Both the position numbers and the translations under genes were made by a program. The notes under the pieces are model-generated. The model was not told where the DNA came from and ran no database searches. It saw only the letters and a program-made list of their open reading frames with translations. A DNA stretch of 64,000 nucleotides from Amoebophrya sp. A120 (lineage: Eukaryota; Protista; Dinoflagellata), in the NCBI GenBank assembly GCA_905178155.1, contig CAJINV010000001.1, positions 2,284,089 through 2,348,088 on the forward strand, written 5' to 3'. Position 1 is the first letter of the stretch. Each line of letters starts with the position of its first letter. This document shows, one piece after another, positions 45,757 to 60,000 of the stretch.

Positions 45757-47574
45757 GATTTGGGATTTAAGTTTCACCTAGGTAGGACAGATTGATCGAT
45801 GGGTTCCTTCGAAGGGTAAGGCTAAAAAGAATACGACTTGTCATAAAACATTGATGAAGTAGTTACGGGGATAGAGACGCGATGAACATGGAGCTGCAAA
45901 TTAGAAGCATACTAAGAGCAAGAATACATTTGTTCCGCTGCAATTCATTCTTTGGTGGAATAGACGGTGTCGGTGAATGGATTCTATGCGGGACCAACAT
46001 CAGGCACAGGCTGGTCAGAAAGTAAAATATGATCATCTCTTGTAGAGGAGATTCGATCGTCTTCTTTTCCAATTTGATCCGTCGTCAGAGATCTTTTTTC
46101 TTCACTCCTTAAATCGACTTTCCGAGAAAGGAACAGCAACAGGATCGAATTCACTACTAGTAGTACTTCGGTGGTTACATGACCAAGCTTTGGTCGTATG
46201 AGGATCCTTATCAAGGGTGCTGTAAAGAAGATCCACGAAAATTGCAAGGAATGATGCCCTGCGAGTGATTTGACCCGAGCGCCGGCCCTTATGATCATAG
46301 AAAGTTTCTCGGTGGCCCTGATCAGCAAGTCCCTGGTGATCCTTTCAACAACTTCTTCAACTTAGAGGATCTATGTCCCTCTGTCATCCTGATCTCGCAC
46401 AATCCGGATAACGTTTCGCTTGCTCGGGTAGTTCTCTGGACGGATACGAACAGAAAGAAGAAAAAAATTGACGGTGAAGCAAAAGCTCTGTCGTGGGGAC
46501 ATCAGAAAAATCCTAAATACTATCCGTGGAATTACGAGTTGTGTATCCTTCCTCTTCCAAAACGAATGCTCTTGCAGAAATAAATTTCACTTTCTCATTC
46601 TTGTCGCTTTTTCCAGCGGTCAATTGTAACGAGGTCGAGGACGTAAATTTATTTTCAAACCGCCTTATTTTTTTCTTGATACACTGGCGTCACTCGGCTT
46701 CGTGTTCAAAAACCGCACACAAAACTGGGAGGTAGAATTTTTCTTGCGCTAGATTTCTATCTTTAACCAACTGCTTTTGTAAGTAGTGAAGTTTCCCAAA
46801 AAGTAGAAAGTGTGGGTATGCGTTTGAAGTGTTTCAAGTACTAATTGCGCGGTAGCTATTTCTCGTCAAGAAGACGTGAGCTTGATGGGACTCGGGTCTT
46901 GGAGTTCGCAAATTAAAATTATGGGGTAGACTGATACTATAAACATAGAGTAAGAACATCAAGAACTCAGGGCACGCCTAAACTATTAGTATACGGATAA
47001 GGACGCAATTGTCGTTATGAGACAGGGTGATGGTAGCCATGCTTGTTTGGTTGACACTGCTAGTAGTGATTGTTACTTTGTTGCTAGGGTGAAAGGGGAA
47101 GAACTTCGAAGCTACAATACCGTATTTCCCAGGATATTTCTCAAAACATATTGGTACGCGTGGTCATTCTGACTTCCTATAAGCATTTGAAGGCCTTTAT
47201 TTGTGGTAAGTATCAAAAGTAACACTGGATCTCAAAAATGTACGAATTCCTTGCGCTATTATAATTGACAACGCGAAAACAATGAGTCACTGTGCTTGCC
47301 CTGATTTGTTCCGGGCGGAAGATATTCTCAGAAAGAAGAAAGTATCCATGAGCAATGATGTTTTGTTTGTTTTGTTTGATGCGAGAGATAAGTCTAAAAC
47401 CGCTCTATCAAAATTGGACTGTATTGGTTGTGTGGTGATTAACTGCGTTTATGGAAAGCAACTGGGGCGAAGTAGCTGCGCGTGCGATGAAGAACTTTGA
47501 ATCATAATTATCAATAAAGCTAGTAGGTTTCAGTTGTGCTTCGTGAAGATAAAAATGAAAATAAGTAAAGGCTC

Positions 47575-49734
47575 TTACCGATAAGAGCTGTTGCCATTCC
47601 ATGCGTTTTTCCCTGCGCCCTGGCCGCCATGAAAAGAAGACGTGCGGTCGTCATTGTACCAAGACGAGGAACGGGACCAGGATTGTTCGGAGGAAGACCA
47701 GGAGTCATTTCTCCCCCCCGACCATTCGCTCTTTGTCGCGGACCACTGATCCGTATTATTCCGACTATACGACCGATCGTTATAGTTTCCGCTAGTACAA
47801 CCGGCATGCCAGGACGACGTGCTGCTCCCCCGGTGGTGGTGGTGGTGGTTGTCTGCTCCGCCTCCGCCCGACCGGTACTGGGGGCGCTTGCGATGATACA
47901 CGACACCCCGCTTGTTTCCCTTCTTACTGCAGGCGGAATTATGTGCAGTTGACCTGGTGTAAAAATCGTCGCTTGTAGTTCCGCCCGGAAAATGAAAGTT
48001 GTCGTAAGTCGACGATGATGTTGCTGATGCAGTTGTTCCTGCTGTTGTCGAAAAGCCAACATTATTAGCTGCATCGCTACAACTCGAGCCGCTTGTCCCC
48101 GATGCTGAGTTTGCGGACGACGAAGAGGAGGGTGTCCGGGTGTCGCACGAACTCCCCGATGATCCAGGTGGGGCTCCTGCACCTCCAAGAGCTCTGTCGT
48201 AGAAGTTGTAGCTCTTCTCAACCTTGTTATGGCCATCATCTACGAAATGATCTTCAGTATTGTTCTCATCACTGGACGAGAACATTCGGTTTTTCCTCCT
48301 CTGTTCGCAGTACCACTTGTAGTCGGCGAAGTCCACTTTCACGCGTTTTGACTGGTACCTGGTCAGCGAAATGCGGTCCAGCAACACTTGGTCCACTGCC
48401 CGCCGGTAGCCCGCTTTTTTGATCAGTTCCACGATGGCCGTTTCGCGCGTCATGTCGTGCTCGAGAGCGACTTCCGGAAGGTAGGTGGCGGAAAACTGGC
48501 GATTGGGAAAATGCTCCGGGTCCTCAAAGGAGATGATAATGCCGTGCTTGCCAACTTCCCAATCATACGCCCCGTGCGCCGCAGGTTCGAAACTGTGCAG
48601 CACCGAAACTTGGCAGATCAGCATGGCTGTATGTGATTTTTTGTTCTTTTTGCGTGTCGTCGATGCTAGTAGAAACAAACGCAAAGTGGAGTGTGACTCG
48701 TCCTTCGCCTTCCATGCGAAAAATCAGATAAGTACAGTCGACGTGGTTCTTGCGAGAAGACATGGCACTAGCGGTTTTACCGTCAAGTATTAGAGACAGA
48801 AGCAATGAAAACCAACGACAAAAACACAAACTACTGGATATCATGATTAAATCTGTACGCAATTCTCCGGCTTGAATTGGTGGAAATCTTGAATCTTCAA
48901 AGGCCGCCTTAACCGTGTAATCCCGCAAGCCAGGATGTAGATCGAGGGGCTCCAAGCACCCTATGCAGCCGCGAAGCTCCTCTTGGCCCCGGCTCGGTTC
49001 CCACGTTAGCCAGGTAACCTAGACGAAATATACAGAAAATAGTCGATGGAAAACTCGCACTCGACGCTGCCGATTCGAAGTCAAACGGAAACAAAATGAA
49101 CAGCACCCTACATATTAGGGAGTCAGAAAACAACAGAAAATCAGTAGTACAAAAAGCGGTGATCGCGATTGCGCGTCGTAGCTCGGCGGAAAAACCGGCT
49201 CGTTGTCCACCAGCTTGTTTAAGCGATATGACACGACGTCCCAAGCATAGTAGCAGAGGTCCGTATCCACTTTCGGCACCACCAGATGAGCTGCTAGGGG
49301 TGGAGGAGCAGTTGTAGTATTCGAGGTAGAAGCACTGTTAGTGTTTTTCGTCTGGTTCGACATTTGCGGCAATATGCCGCTGGTGTCCTGTATCCCAGAA
49401 AAAAAGTGTTACAGTTACACATTTGTAGTCAATTCAGCAACACAAATTTCGCTGCATGAGAGAGAAAACTTGTAATGCAGAAATCGTACGGGGAAACACC
49501 TATGAAACGAGGCTCCTATGCATATCCGGCATGACAGAGCTTGTCTGTCTTGCTTGGCCTGCAACACAATGTGTAACTGTAACACTTTTTTCTTGCGATA
49601 TCCTGCTCACTGGCGGTCGTCGTAATGGACATCGTAGACATATCCTCGCCTTGCTTCTGCTCGTCCGTGGTCTCCATTCTTAAATTGACCCCAGGAGGAG
49701 GACTCATCGTCGCAGCAGCTTGTAGCATTTCCAC
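47575..49734 (-). CDS. AMMECR1: AMMECR1-domain protein
   Basis: Spliced SPLFVTW...LRGCIG, AAFEDSRFPPI, ELPMLICQVSVL, DWEVGKHGIII, SATYLPEVA and LIKKAGY. Two GT-AG introns plus one introner. The start is approximate. Confidence 0.9.
49391..49600. mobile_element. Introner family F
   Basis: TATCCCAGAAAAAAAGTGTTACAGTTACACATT ... AATGTGTAACTGTAACACTTTTTTCTTGCGATA. TSD TCCTG. Removal gives SEQD|TSGILPQ. Confidence 0.9.
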
Positions 49735-52700
49735 CGTTTGAAGATTTAAACAAGATGCTCCACGACTTTATCGGACGCGCGACAAGAATGAACCAACCCC
49801 TGCGTTGTTTTTTCCGAAAAAAACTGCGGCTTTGATGTTCCCAGGTGGAAGAAGCTCGTGGTGGTGGTGGGCCTCTACAGCTTCTAGTACCACCTAGAAG
49901 GGGGCTACTTACTTCAGTATTCGGTGACGAGAAGTGAATCTGCTCCTCTTGGTCGACGCAAAACGACCCGGATGCTCTGCTGGCGAGGCACTAGGAAGAA
50001 CGGTCGTGGTTTTCTTCCTCCGTCGCTGGTTGCGAACTAAGCATTTTTTGGGCTATGGGACGATATCACTTGTGATCGATGGGCTACTAGCTTTTCGTTT
50101 TCCCCCATTTAAATCTTCATCGGTTTGGCTGGTCAATAGTTCACATACTTCTCGGTTACCATATCGGTATAATGGCTATACTTGCTCCTTCTACGTTTTA
50201 TTCTGTACCTACAATCATGACACTGGTGCATGTCGTAGATCCATTCGATAGGCTAAGACGCCTACAAAAAGTTTACTACAGATGCTGCACGTATTCGGCT
50301 TATTGGTTGATGACTGAGTGCGTAGTTATGGCTCGTTAAACTTTTGGTCGCAAAACTATCAACAGACAAGCTTTCTATACCGGCTTCTCGTCCACACATG
50401 CGAAGATAAACTCTATCTGGATGCAAAAAACATTAACGAGAAGGAGTCGTGGCCGTGGGAGAGATATCAAAATACAGCACTCAAGGTGGAAAACAAATTC
50501 TGAAACGTCGAAATCCAATACTGATCATTTACATACTGATCCAATATCATATCAAAAACCAAAACTACAAAAAGTCAGAAAATGAAAACGTGTGGAGTCC
50601 CGACAAAATCATCTACAGAACCTCAAATGCAAACCTCTCCTGTGGCCGGGTAGGCTCTTGTTGTAGTCGTGGTACTTCTAGGTGGAAGGTACCTTTCACT
50701 TTCTCCGAAACGAGTAGTTTGCAATCACCTCGTCGGGTCGTCCACAACGCGCTGCGTCGGAACGCTAAGTAGAGTTGTCCTTCATCATATCAATACACTA
50801 GCACTAACTTGCGCAAACGGAAGCGAGTCAAAACTTTTTCGCCGGTGTACATATTAAGTACTCGGGAACTCGAGGATTGCACTACATCTGATACTTCTTC
50901 TACAGGACTTCTTTTACACGGAACAACAAAATGGAAAATGCAAAGGCGAGAATGGATCCTGCGGCGCCTCTAGGTTGCAGCTACCAATCCGTGCAGAGTC
51001 CTGGTTCTCCATCATTTGGATCGAACAAGAAAAATCCTTTCGTTTTATTGTTTCTCAGACTATATGACAAAGAAAATATTTCGCCTGATTCTCCCCACGG
51101 GAGAAAGCAGGCGGTCGATTTTTCTATAATTGATTTTAAAATACTGCCAAAACTGGTGGTAGCGTAGAGAGCCATCAGCACCTTTGAATGATAGTACTGC
51201 AGCTACAGTCGCGTCGTGGAAGTGTCTTCCATTTTTTCGCCGCCGGTACCCCTATTCTATCTGCAAAAATCTGCCGCTAGGATCTGCATCCTCGCTGTGT
51301 ATGGGGAAAGGCTCCTTCCAATTATCGTTGTCCTTATTTTATTTCGATGCGGCTCAATGCGGCTCGTAGCCGCGCAGCACGCTTTTCTTTGCTATATGTG
51401 TTACAAGATCTTGGCACCGAAAATAGAGATAGTCATCGGTATACATTATTCTATCTGTTTTTCTACGGAGGTGGCACGAGGTGTGAAATATTAAGTGTAC
51501 TAGGAGACAAACAACTGTCAGAAGTATAGAGGAGGACCTGCAAGTGACGTTTCGTCTGCGAAGATACTGGCTTATTGTGTCTATCTTCATTATCACCGTG
51601 TTGACAAATCATATTCAATTTCAATTTCTCACGCACAAAACATACACGGGCCGTGAAAGGAGCTCTGGCAGCACTTTTTCAAAATACAACGGTGGAAAAA
51701 AAAACAGAAATTCTTCCGGAAACTGGCCTGCTTCATCTCTCCACTAAAACCATAAGACCGATTAAACAGTTTTTTGGTCCTTTTATTTTATTTTTGTGTG
51801 TGAGGAAGACGAAGAACTCGCCATCAACAACACGCTCTGTTGAATCGCCATTGTGAAGGTTCATTCGCTTGTTTCACTCGTGATTTTCCTTGCAGCGTCG
51901 GTCTATCGGATTATTGGCGGATATTCTTATTCAACAAACATATCCTTATCCATATCCAGTTAGTTGTGCTATTTTTCTTCTTCAAACCTCACAACTTTCT
52001 TAAGGGATCTAATGCAGCGGTCGTACGACCCTCTGCTTTCTTATTTTTATTAACCTCGTTCCTCATGCAGCATGCAATTGTACTGTATTTTTCGCAGACT
52101 TTTTCTTGCCGCCTGTAGACCTGGCAAAGGAGACCCGGCAAGAATGTCTAGATGATATAGTGCTGTAACTCTGTATCGTTCGTGTTGTACGTGGTAGTGT
52201 CAGCATGCCCGCTACCTGTCGGGAGATGATGATCAAGCGCCTTTGATCTTTTTGCAAAATAATTAAAAGGATACCAGGTCACCACCTAAAAATAATCGCA
52301 GCAGCTGGTTGTAAGATGCACTGCCTGGGTCGTGTGCTGAAGAAAGCGTCTTCTCGCGAGCTTTGAAAAGAAAGTCCGAGTGGAGCTGCAAGTAGACCTT
52401 AATCGAGTTCTCGAAAAAAGGAAGAGATTTTTCGAGTGTGATGAAATGACGAATTCGAGTATAAAAATCCTTCGTCGGCGCCAAACCCATCACGTATTCC
52501 TCTCGTCCTCGGTTTTCGTTTTCCATGCCTGACACAACTACAGGCTTCTAAAGTAGTTGTCAGCAGGGTTAAAGGAGCGACGGCTAATAACTTGGGAGGT
52601 CTAGGCGGCGAGCTCCCATCCCCTCCTGGCCTCGAAAATCACTTTCTTTTCCTTTCTTTCCGCGCAGCAACGTCACTAGTGCAAAAAATTGCCCTGTGCA

Positions 52701-54022
52701 ATGTCGCTAGACCCGGACTCGAAATACACTCGATAAAAGTTGTCTGTGGCTACTCCCACAAATTATCAATGCTGGGAGTACTTAATTGCTTTTCATGTTT
52801 GTTTGTTTGTTTGTTTGTGTTCATGCGAGAAGGTGGGAACGCGTTTACACACCTTTTTCTCTAGAGCTATTTCAACAAAAAACCTCTTGCTTTGAGAGCT
52901 TGCTCTGAAAAAAGACAACTACAAACGCCCTAAACTAGTTCTACTTTTCGCTACAGAAAAACTTTTTGAAAAACGCCTCTTTGCGATTTCGCTGAAAAAT
53001 TTTCACCTGCTTGCGACTACTACTACGTTGGTAAAAAGAAATAAATTGTAGAAACAAGTAACCATCTCATGATAAGCTAGAACAGCTTTATTCAATTTGA
53101 TACTTTTTTCGAACTTAAGAAGTAAAGAGGGGCTAGTACAGTTGTTGTAAAAGCCACAGTGGGACAAGCCTCAGACAAGACTTAATCCCGCAATGGGCAG
53201 CTATGCGGTAATATATTGAGTTACGCCGTGCGAGCGCGGGGTCAGAGATCGACGTGAAAATAACAACCCTCGCACATATTCATCATAGAGTGCAACTGCA
53301 TCTGCACTTCGCGGACATAGTGGTCCAAAGATCTAGTGTATGCGACACATCTAGAAGATACACAGAAACGGCTGCTATTTCTGTTCGATTTCGATTTCCG
53401 GGCATAACAAAACAAAATTAGTCCAAACAGGGCGGTCAAAAGAATCAGATGGTAATAGAAGCTGAAGAAAACAACTGCATTGCCGATGTTCGCTCTCTTT
53501 GTTAGTTGCAATATTTATATTTTTCTTTTTGTAGATCCATAAAAAACTAGTGATTGCTTGATGTAATAAATAATCCTGAAAAGAAGTGAAAGTCCGATGA
53601 GTTGCTTCGCCTCATAGCAAACTGAACCCATGATCCAAAAAAGCTGGTGTAACAATCAAATCTAATGACCGTACGTGCTGTCCACCTTTCATGATCTTGT
53701 TATGCTCCTCATGCGACAAGACCCATATCAAACGCATCAGGAGAAATGTAAGTAGAATGAAAGCAAGTAGAACCGTCGAAATCGACGCCATACGTCGGGT
53801 GACTGGAATGACATACGTTTTACTTTATTTGCGTTTCCTCATACGACATAGTAGATTTTATCTGTTAGGTAAAAGTGGATAAAAATGACCTGCAGCTTCA
53901 TCTCCTCGTGATGGATTTTTATCGAAGGAAGAACTTCGCGCAAAGATGAACTTCGATCGACGGCTGGTCGTGCTACTACTTCAGGAAAAAGTACCATCAG
54001 CTGCAAAACCTCCACTACCAGG

Positions 54023-57000
54023 CTAGTCGTGCTGTTCTCGGCGCCCTGCTCCGGGTTCTGCTCCTGTTCCCTCGCGTCTGCCTCCTCTACTTTCGCGGCG
54101 GGGAAGGGGATCGATGGGATTCGGATTCGCATGATGACCACGACTACTATTATTACCCGGTGCAGCGGCCTTTTTCCCCCTGCTGTGTCTACTGCGAGAA
54201 GTGCCATCCTTTTTCGAGGGTGGCGGCGCATCGGTGGCAGCAGCCGCGGCGGTGGCGTAGGTGGGCTGCGGCGAAATGGGCAACATCCGAAAAGGCTTCT
54301 TCGACGGCCGGTAGATCTCCTGGGGGAGCTCGATGTTCTTCCAGCGCACCAACTTGTATTCCTCCTCGAACAGAAGCTTCTTTAGCGTCCGCGGCTCCGC
54401 GCCGTTCCTGGTCAGAATCAGGTTCCGCTTCCGCTCATCCAAATGGACCGTGTTCACCCCAATGCGGCACAACACCACTTCGTCCCGATCGTCGGGAGGT
54501 TCCAGAATCGACTTCCGCAGAAAGTTCGGGCTCTCCTCGGTTTCCTCACCGTACTCCCGCCCCGTGCAGCCACCGTTGGGAATCGCGATCTCTTTCGCCG
54601 CGTCGTTCACCGTGTACTTTTTCCCCTCGGGATCGTGCTTGCCCCGCTTCTGTCGCTGCGCGGCCACGTACTCCTGCCATCCGGTGGGCAGATACTGGCG
54701 AAACAACTCGCAGGGGTTTACCTGGTTTGCGTCCGGGTCTTCGGAATCCTCGTCCAGAAACGCCGCCACGTCGGTAAGCCCGCTGGTCCTTTCGTCTTCC
54801 GAGGACGACGTCGCCACCACCGGGTGGATGTACTCCTGTTCGACTTGGTCCTGCTGTGGTTCATCTTGCTGAAGATTTATTTCCTGCTCATTGGGTAGTT
54901 CTGGACGTACTTCGTCTCCTGCTTTTCCTGCTCCACCAAGATCTTCTTGTCCACGTGGTGGTCCCCGTGTAGTAGAAGCGTTGTTCGTCGGGGCCCCTCG
55001 CGCCGGAGCTGAAAAATCTTCCTGGTGGTCCTGGGCGCCAAACAGAGAAACTTCAAATGGATTTTTTCGGAATGGATCGGCCTCCTCGACAGGACCATTG
55101 TCCCGGTGCAGCTGCCGGTCATGATGTGTTTGCTTTTTCCGAATCTCTTTCACGGGCGTCTGCTCCGGTGTAGTTTCAGCTGCCGCTAGTTGCGGTGCAG
55201 ACGAGGAAGCGGCCGCCGTATGAGGAACCCCTGGTGCAGAAGAAGATGTTGGCGCAGCTACATCTTCACGAGGAGGAGGACCACGACCTCTATCGTGCCG
55301 CTGCTGCTGCTGCTGTGCCGCTTGTCGATCCAAACTTTTGGTGATTTTTTGCCGCAGAACCGCCAATTTGCGCAGAAATTCTGTGGGGTGCCTCTTCTTC
55401 ATTTCCGGCTTGCGCTTCAACCGCTCGGCGAGCCAACGCTCGCGCAGCTTTTTCCGCGTTTCAAAGCAGATGCCGGTGACCACTCCGCCGGCCGTGTCGT
55501 ACATGGTGTCGCCGTAAATCAAGAAGCCCCAGCTCCAGGAGCCGTCGCGAAAGTTGCTCGCCCCCTCCCGAATCATGTGGCTGCTGCTGAGCAGCTTCCA
55601 GTTGCCGCCGAACCGGGCGCGCGCGGCCGCGGACGGCGTGGTGCCGCGGAACCGCACGAATTCGTCGTGGTCGATGGGCAGGTCGAGGTCGCCGGGAAAG
55701 TGGCAGTACCCCCGCTCAAAGGGGTCCTCCCGTCGGTGCCGCCGCCTTTCCTTGGTTGCGGAAGAGCCCGACGAGCTGCTGAATTCCCCCTCCTGCAGAT
55801 CTTCCAGGCGACAGTGCTCCTCGCCAGGAACCGGTCTCGGCCCGGCGCGAGCCGGGACTACACGACGTCCTCCCCGCCCCCGGGCGGTTGGGGCTATAGG
55901 AGTTTGTGGGCAGAAGTCATCCTCAGCACAAGAACCCGAATTTTTATCGGAACCAGGAGAATGAACATGAACATCGCGGCGCTCTCTCTCGCGTTGTTCT
56001 CTCTTGTGTTCTCTCCGTTTTAACTTTGCTAACCGCCGCCGTCGGTCCCGGTCATTCATCTCGTCCTCCAAGAGCGAACTCGAGGAAGAGCCCTCGTAGG
56101 CGGTGTCCGGATAGTCGATCGGCGGGAAATCGTGGATAAACTCCCACTTTGCCTGGATCGCACGCTGCTCGTTCAGCTGCCGGGTGTACGCGTCCTGCTC
56201 TTGGAAGATATTCTGCCCAGTTGTTGAACTAGAATTTTTATCAGGACTATTTCCCCCGCTAAGAATGTCTATCCGGTGTTCGTCTTCGATATCCATTTTC
56301 GTCTGCGCCGCGGTGCTCTCCGAGGTGGAATGATTTATTCCCACCTTGTTGTTCGCGGCTCCACCTGCGGCAAGAACATCTTCGTTCTCGTCGTCGCCCA
56401 TCATCTCGTCCTCGGTTTCGTCCCCGCAAATCGGCGTGACGCAACTCTTCGAGGTGCTGGAACGTATTTGTAGCTTTTTCCCGCAGCCGCAGGGGACGCG
56501 GTTGTAGGAAGTAGAGCTGGCGTTGTTCAACATGTAGCAGCAGCAGCAGCACCAGCAACCCCCGCAGCATGGAAGAACGAGCAGCACGACTGTGGAAGCA
56601 CCGCTGCAGCCACTATCAACTGTAAAAATGTCTGGGTCTGGAAGATTCTGACACTTGTCATGCACGTTTTGCATGACCCATGATGTCTGTGATGCATACC
56701 CTACCAATACAGATTTTTCGAGCGCTTCTTGATGCCTATTCCGCATGACAAATCCCTTCTCAGCGTAGCAAAAATTGCATTCCGTTTGCTACTCATGCAA
56801 TACAGATTTTTTTGGAATGCAAATACAGCATCACAAGTTGCATTCTTCCAGACCCAGACATTTTTGCATTTCATAGCCACTCCGGACGCACGACTGAACC
56901 GCTTGCTTTACACTAGCTGGGAGCGGCAGGAACTGCAACGGCCGAGAGGAGAGAAGCCAAGGAATTGCCCCGGAGCCCACCATGGCCGCGAGGCTGCAGA

Positions 57001-60000
57001 TCAGCGACACACGGAGGTACCACGCCAGCCTCAGGCCTTTGGACGCCAGCGCGCCTTGTCTCGCCGTTTCCGTGTGTCTCGCGGTCGTTTTGGCTGCCAC
57101 TTCCTCGAATAATTCGTCCAGCTTGTTGATCGTTGCAACGATCTTGTCGAAAATACCCTGTGGGGTCGACAAGTCCGCCGTGACTGTGCTGTTTCCGGCC
57201 CTTGCAGGAACTGTGCTGGTGGTGGATTCAACATCGCCGACAACATCAAGGTTGCTGCCATTCCCGCCTTGCCTGCTCGTCGAAGTGCGGCTGGCTAACT
57301 CGTCTTCCCCTTTGGCGGACAAAATTTGAGAGTCCCAGAGCTGCAGTTGTTTGGCAAAGTGGGCAGATATGGATTCTATGGTATCCCACGGCAGAGCACT
57401 GCCGGCGAGCCCATAGGAATTTCCAAAACAGCGCTCTTCCACGACCTGTGGGAAAAAAGAACTGGCTTTGACACTATCTCCTGCTTCAGTATCTGCTGCA
57501 CCATTTACAACGCCATCATTTACTACTTCTGCAAGCTGCAACCTGGAAAAGCTCTGGGCCAGGTCCTCATCGAGGCTCATCTCGTCCGGAGTGCGGTGCG
57601 CAGCGTCGCCCTGATCCACTTCCATTTCGACGTGGTCCCCAAGTCCTGCATCCTCCCGAACTTTCGTGTTGATGCTGTTCAGCGCACACAGCACCTCCAT
57701 CAAAGTGCCCTTGCTCATGCTTTCCTGGAAAGAGGCGAGCGGTGCCTCTTGTTCTACTTCTCCTCCTGCAGCTCTAGGAGCACTACTGCCACCAGCTCGT
57801 TGCTCATCTCCTTCTAGTACATCATCCAGCTGCTGCAGAAGCAAAATATCCTGCACCTCGTCCGCGACCGCACGGGACGAGCCGCGACGCAGCGCACCCA
57901 GCAATTCCGAGCTGGTGATGAGCTCCTGGAGCTCCGTCGGGTCGAATGCTAAGTGGTCGCTGAGGTCGAAAAGGGTGCTGGTGTTCTCTTGGCCCGTTCC
58001 TGCTCCTCCGTTGGCTGTAGCTGTAGATGACAGAAACGGAATGTTCATTCCCGCCTCGGCCGGATTTTCCGCACCATACGCGTGGTTCGCAACACCAAGC
58101 AATAATGCCTGCACGACTAAAGCGGAAACGGTTACAACCTTTGCTACTTTACTGAGCAGCGGCCTGTGCTGTCTCGCCGCCACCTTGCAGGCAGTGCAAG
58201 AGGTTGTTGCTGACTGCAGGCATTTGGAGAGGAAGGTGGACCGGTTATTCCTACTACTTCGACAGCACTCCTCTTCCTCTCGAGAAGTAGATGGGGAGGC
58301 CGTCGCAGATTTTTCACGCGATTCCTTGCTACTGGATCTGGATGAGGAGGACCCTGGGTCGTTTCTTTCCAGAACTCCTTCTTCGCCAGGATAATTATTG
58401 TCACCCGACAGCGCACTAGCTGACCCGACTACACCTCCGACCGGCACTCGAGAGGGAAGGATGTCCTGACACACATCCAGATCGGCATCGTTTCTTCCAG
58501 TGCTGTCTCGTTGCGAAGATTTGACGTTGCTTCGTCTGACCTTCTTTTTCGCATTCGCGAACGCGCTTGCACCCTGCTTCGGGTCCGCGGTGGATCTTCG
58601 CTCCTGTTGCGCTAGAGGTGGTCCATGATGCTGTATTTCGTCGCGGCCACCGGTCAGTGTACCATCATGTGTCGCTCGTCTTCCTTCCTCTCCCGCTCTT
58701 TCCTCTCTTGGGCCGCTCCTCCCCTGCTCGAGATCTACTTCCGCCCGAGGATCATCCGCTGCGATTCTTTCCCTGTGAAGATGAGGATGTTGCGGTCCTC
58801 GTCCTCCTGAGCTCGACTCGACATGGAGACCGGTATGATCGTGGTAGTTGCAGTGCTGCGGGGTATGATCGACGACATGGAACCTCGCATTGGAGCTACT
58901 GCTCGCGGCTTCGAGCAGTGCTGCGGCCGTTCTACGAGTGGTCGAATCTTTTCGACGCCTCTGGAGTGTTGTTTCCTCCTCTCGTTGTTGAGCAAGCGGA
59001 CGGCCGGTTGCATTGGTGCTAGTGCCCTGATCGAAATTATTCACTCTTCGGCTCGTCAAAGGGGCTTGCTTTACCGCACGCGCAGACATCGCGTCGACCT
59101 CGTCGCTACCTATGTCTCCCGCTTGTTCACGTCGCAACTTATGATCGGCCTCTGGCACGGGCCGCAGATTGTACTGCGGCTGATCCAAATCAGCTGGAAC
59201 TGCCAGGGGAGAACTTCTACGGCTTTGTGTAGTCTGGTGCGCGGCTGGTGCCACCTCCCCGGGTCGCGTGGCTTGATGTTGATGTTGATTCGGGGACTGA
59301 CACGTACTGTTGTTTCCTCGTGAAGAAGATGTCGCGTTCTGCAGGTTTTCTGGGGGTGACGGAACTCTGCTTGGGGTTTTCACGCGTTCCATCTGCTGTG
59401 ACGTGGAATCCGAAGGGACGGGGGTGTTCTCCATGCTGTCGCTCAACTGCAGGTTCTGGTCGTGAATTATACTAGTTACCGGAGTGGCCTTCGGTGTGGC
59501 CGGACCTGCTCCGGGATCAGACGTGTAATATGCCTGGTGCTGTTGTACTACCGAGGATGAGGAACCTTGGGGAGAAGGTGCATGATGCGGTCTTTTGGGT
59601 TGTTGAGGGTGCGGACTTCTGCTCGTCGCACCGAGCGCCGGATCATGGGCTGCTGCTGGGGAAGTAGTAGAGTCGTGCAAGTGCTGTTGACCCTGATACT
59701 GCTGCTGCGTTTGCCCTTCCGGGAATGGCAGGTCCACAGGGCGCAGCGGCAGCATCGCCGCCTGCTTCTGACGGAGCTGGTTTTGTTGTTCATTCATCTC
59801 TCTGACCCGCTGCTGGCGCAGTAGTTCCTGCTGGCGATCTAGTTCGCGCTCCAACATGGGAGGCATTGTATAGTTGTCCGGTGCCGTTGACGTGTGCTGC
59901 GCGTTGTTCTTCCTGGAAGTCGTGCTGTTATGTTCTTGCGGAGTATAGCGAGTGGTAGAAAAACTATCAACTTGCTGCTCTACAACTCGTTTCATCTTCT

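Noticed and set aside
48619-48857. Possible introner in AMMECR1 (TATG...GATA ends)
   Set aside because: There is no matching TSD, and a canonical GT-AG intron gives the expected ELPMLICQVSVL.
49800-53900. 4-kb stretch with scattered short ORFs (similarly 27200-28900, 38200-38890 and 45800-47500)
   Set aside because: It is AT-richer with no coherent exon chain, repeat or RNA gene recognisable, so it was treated as intergenic.
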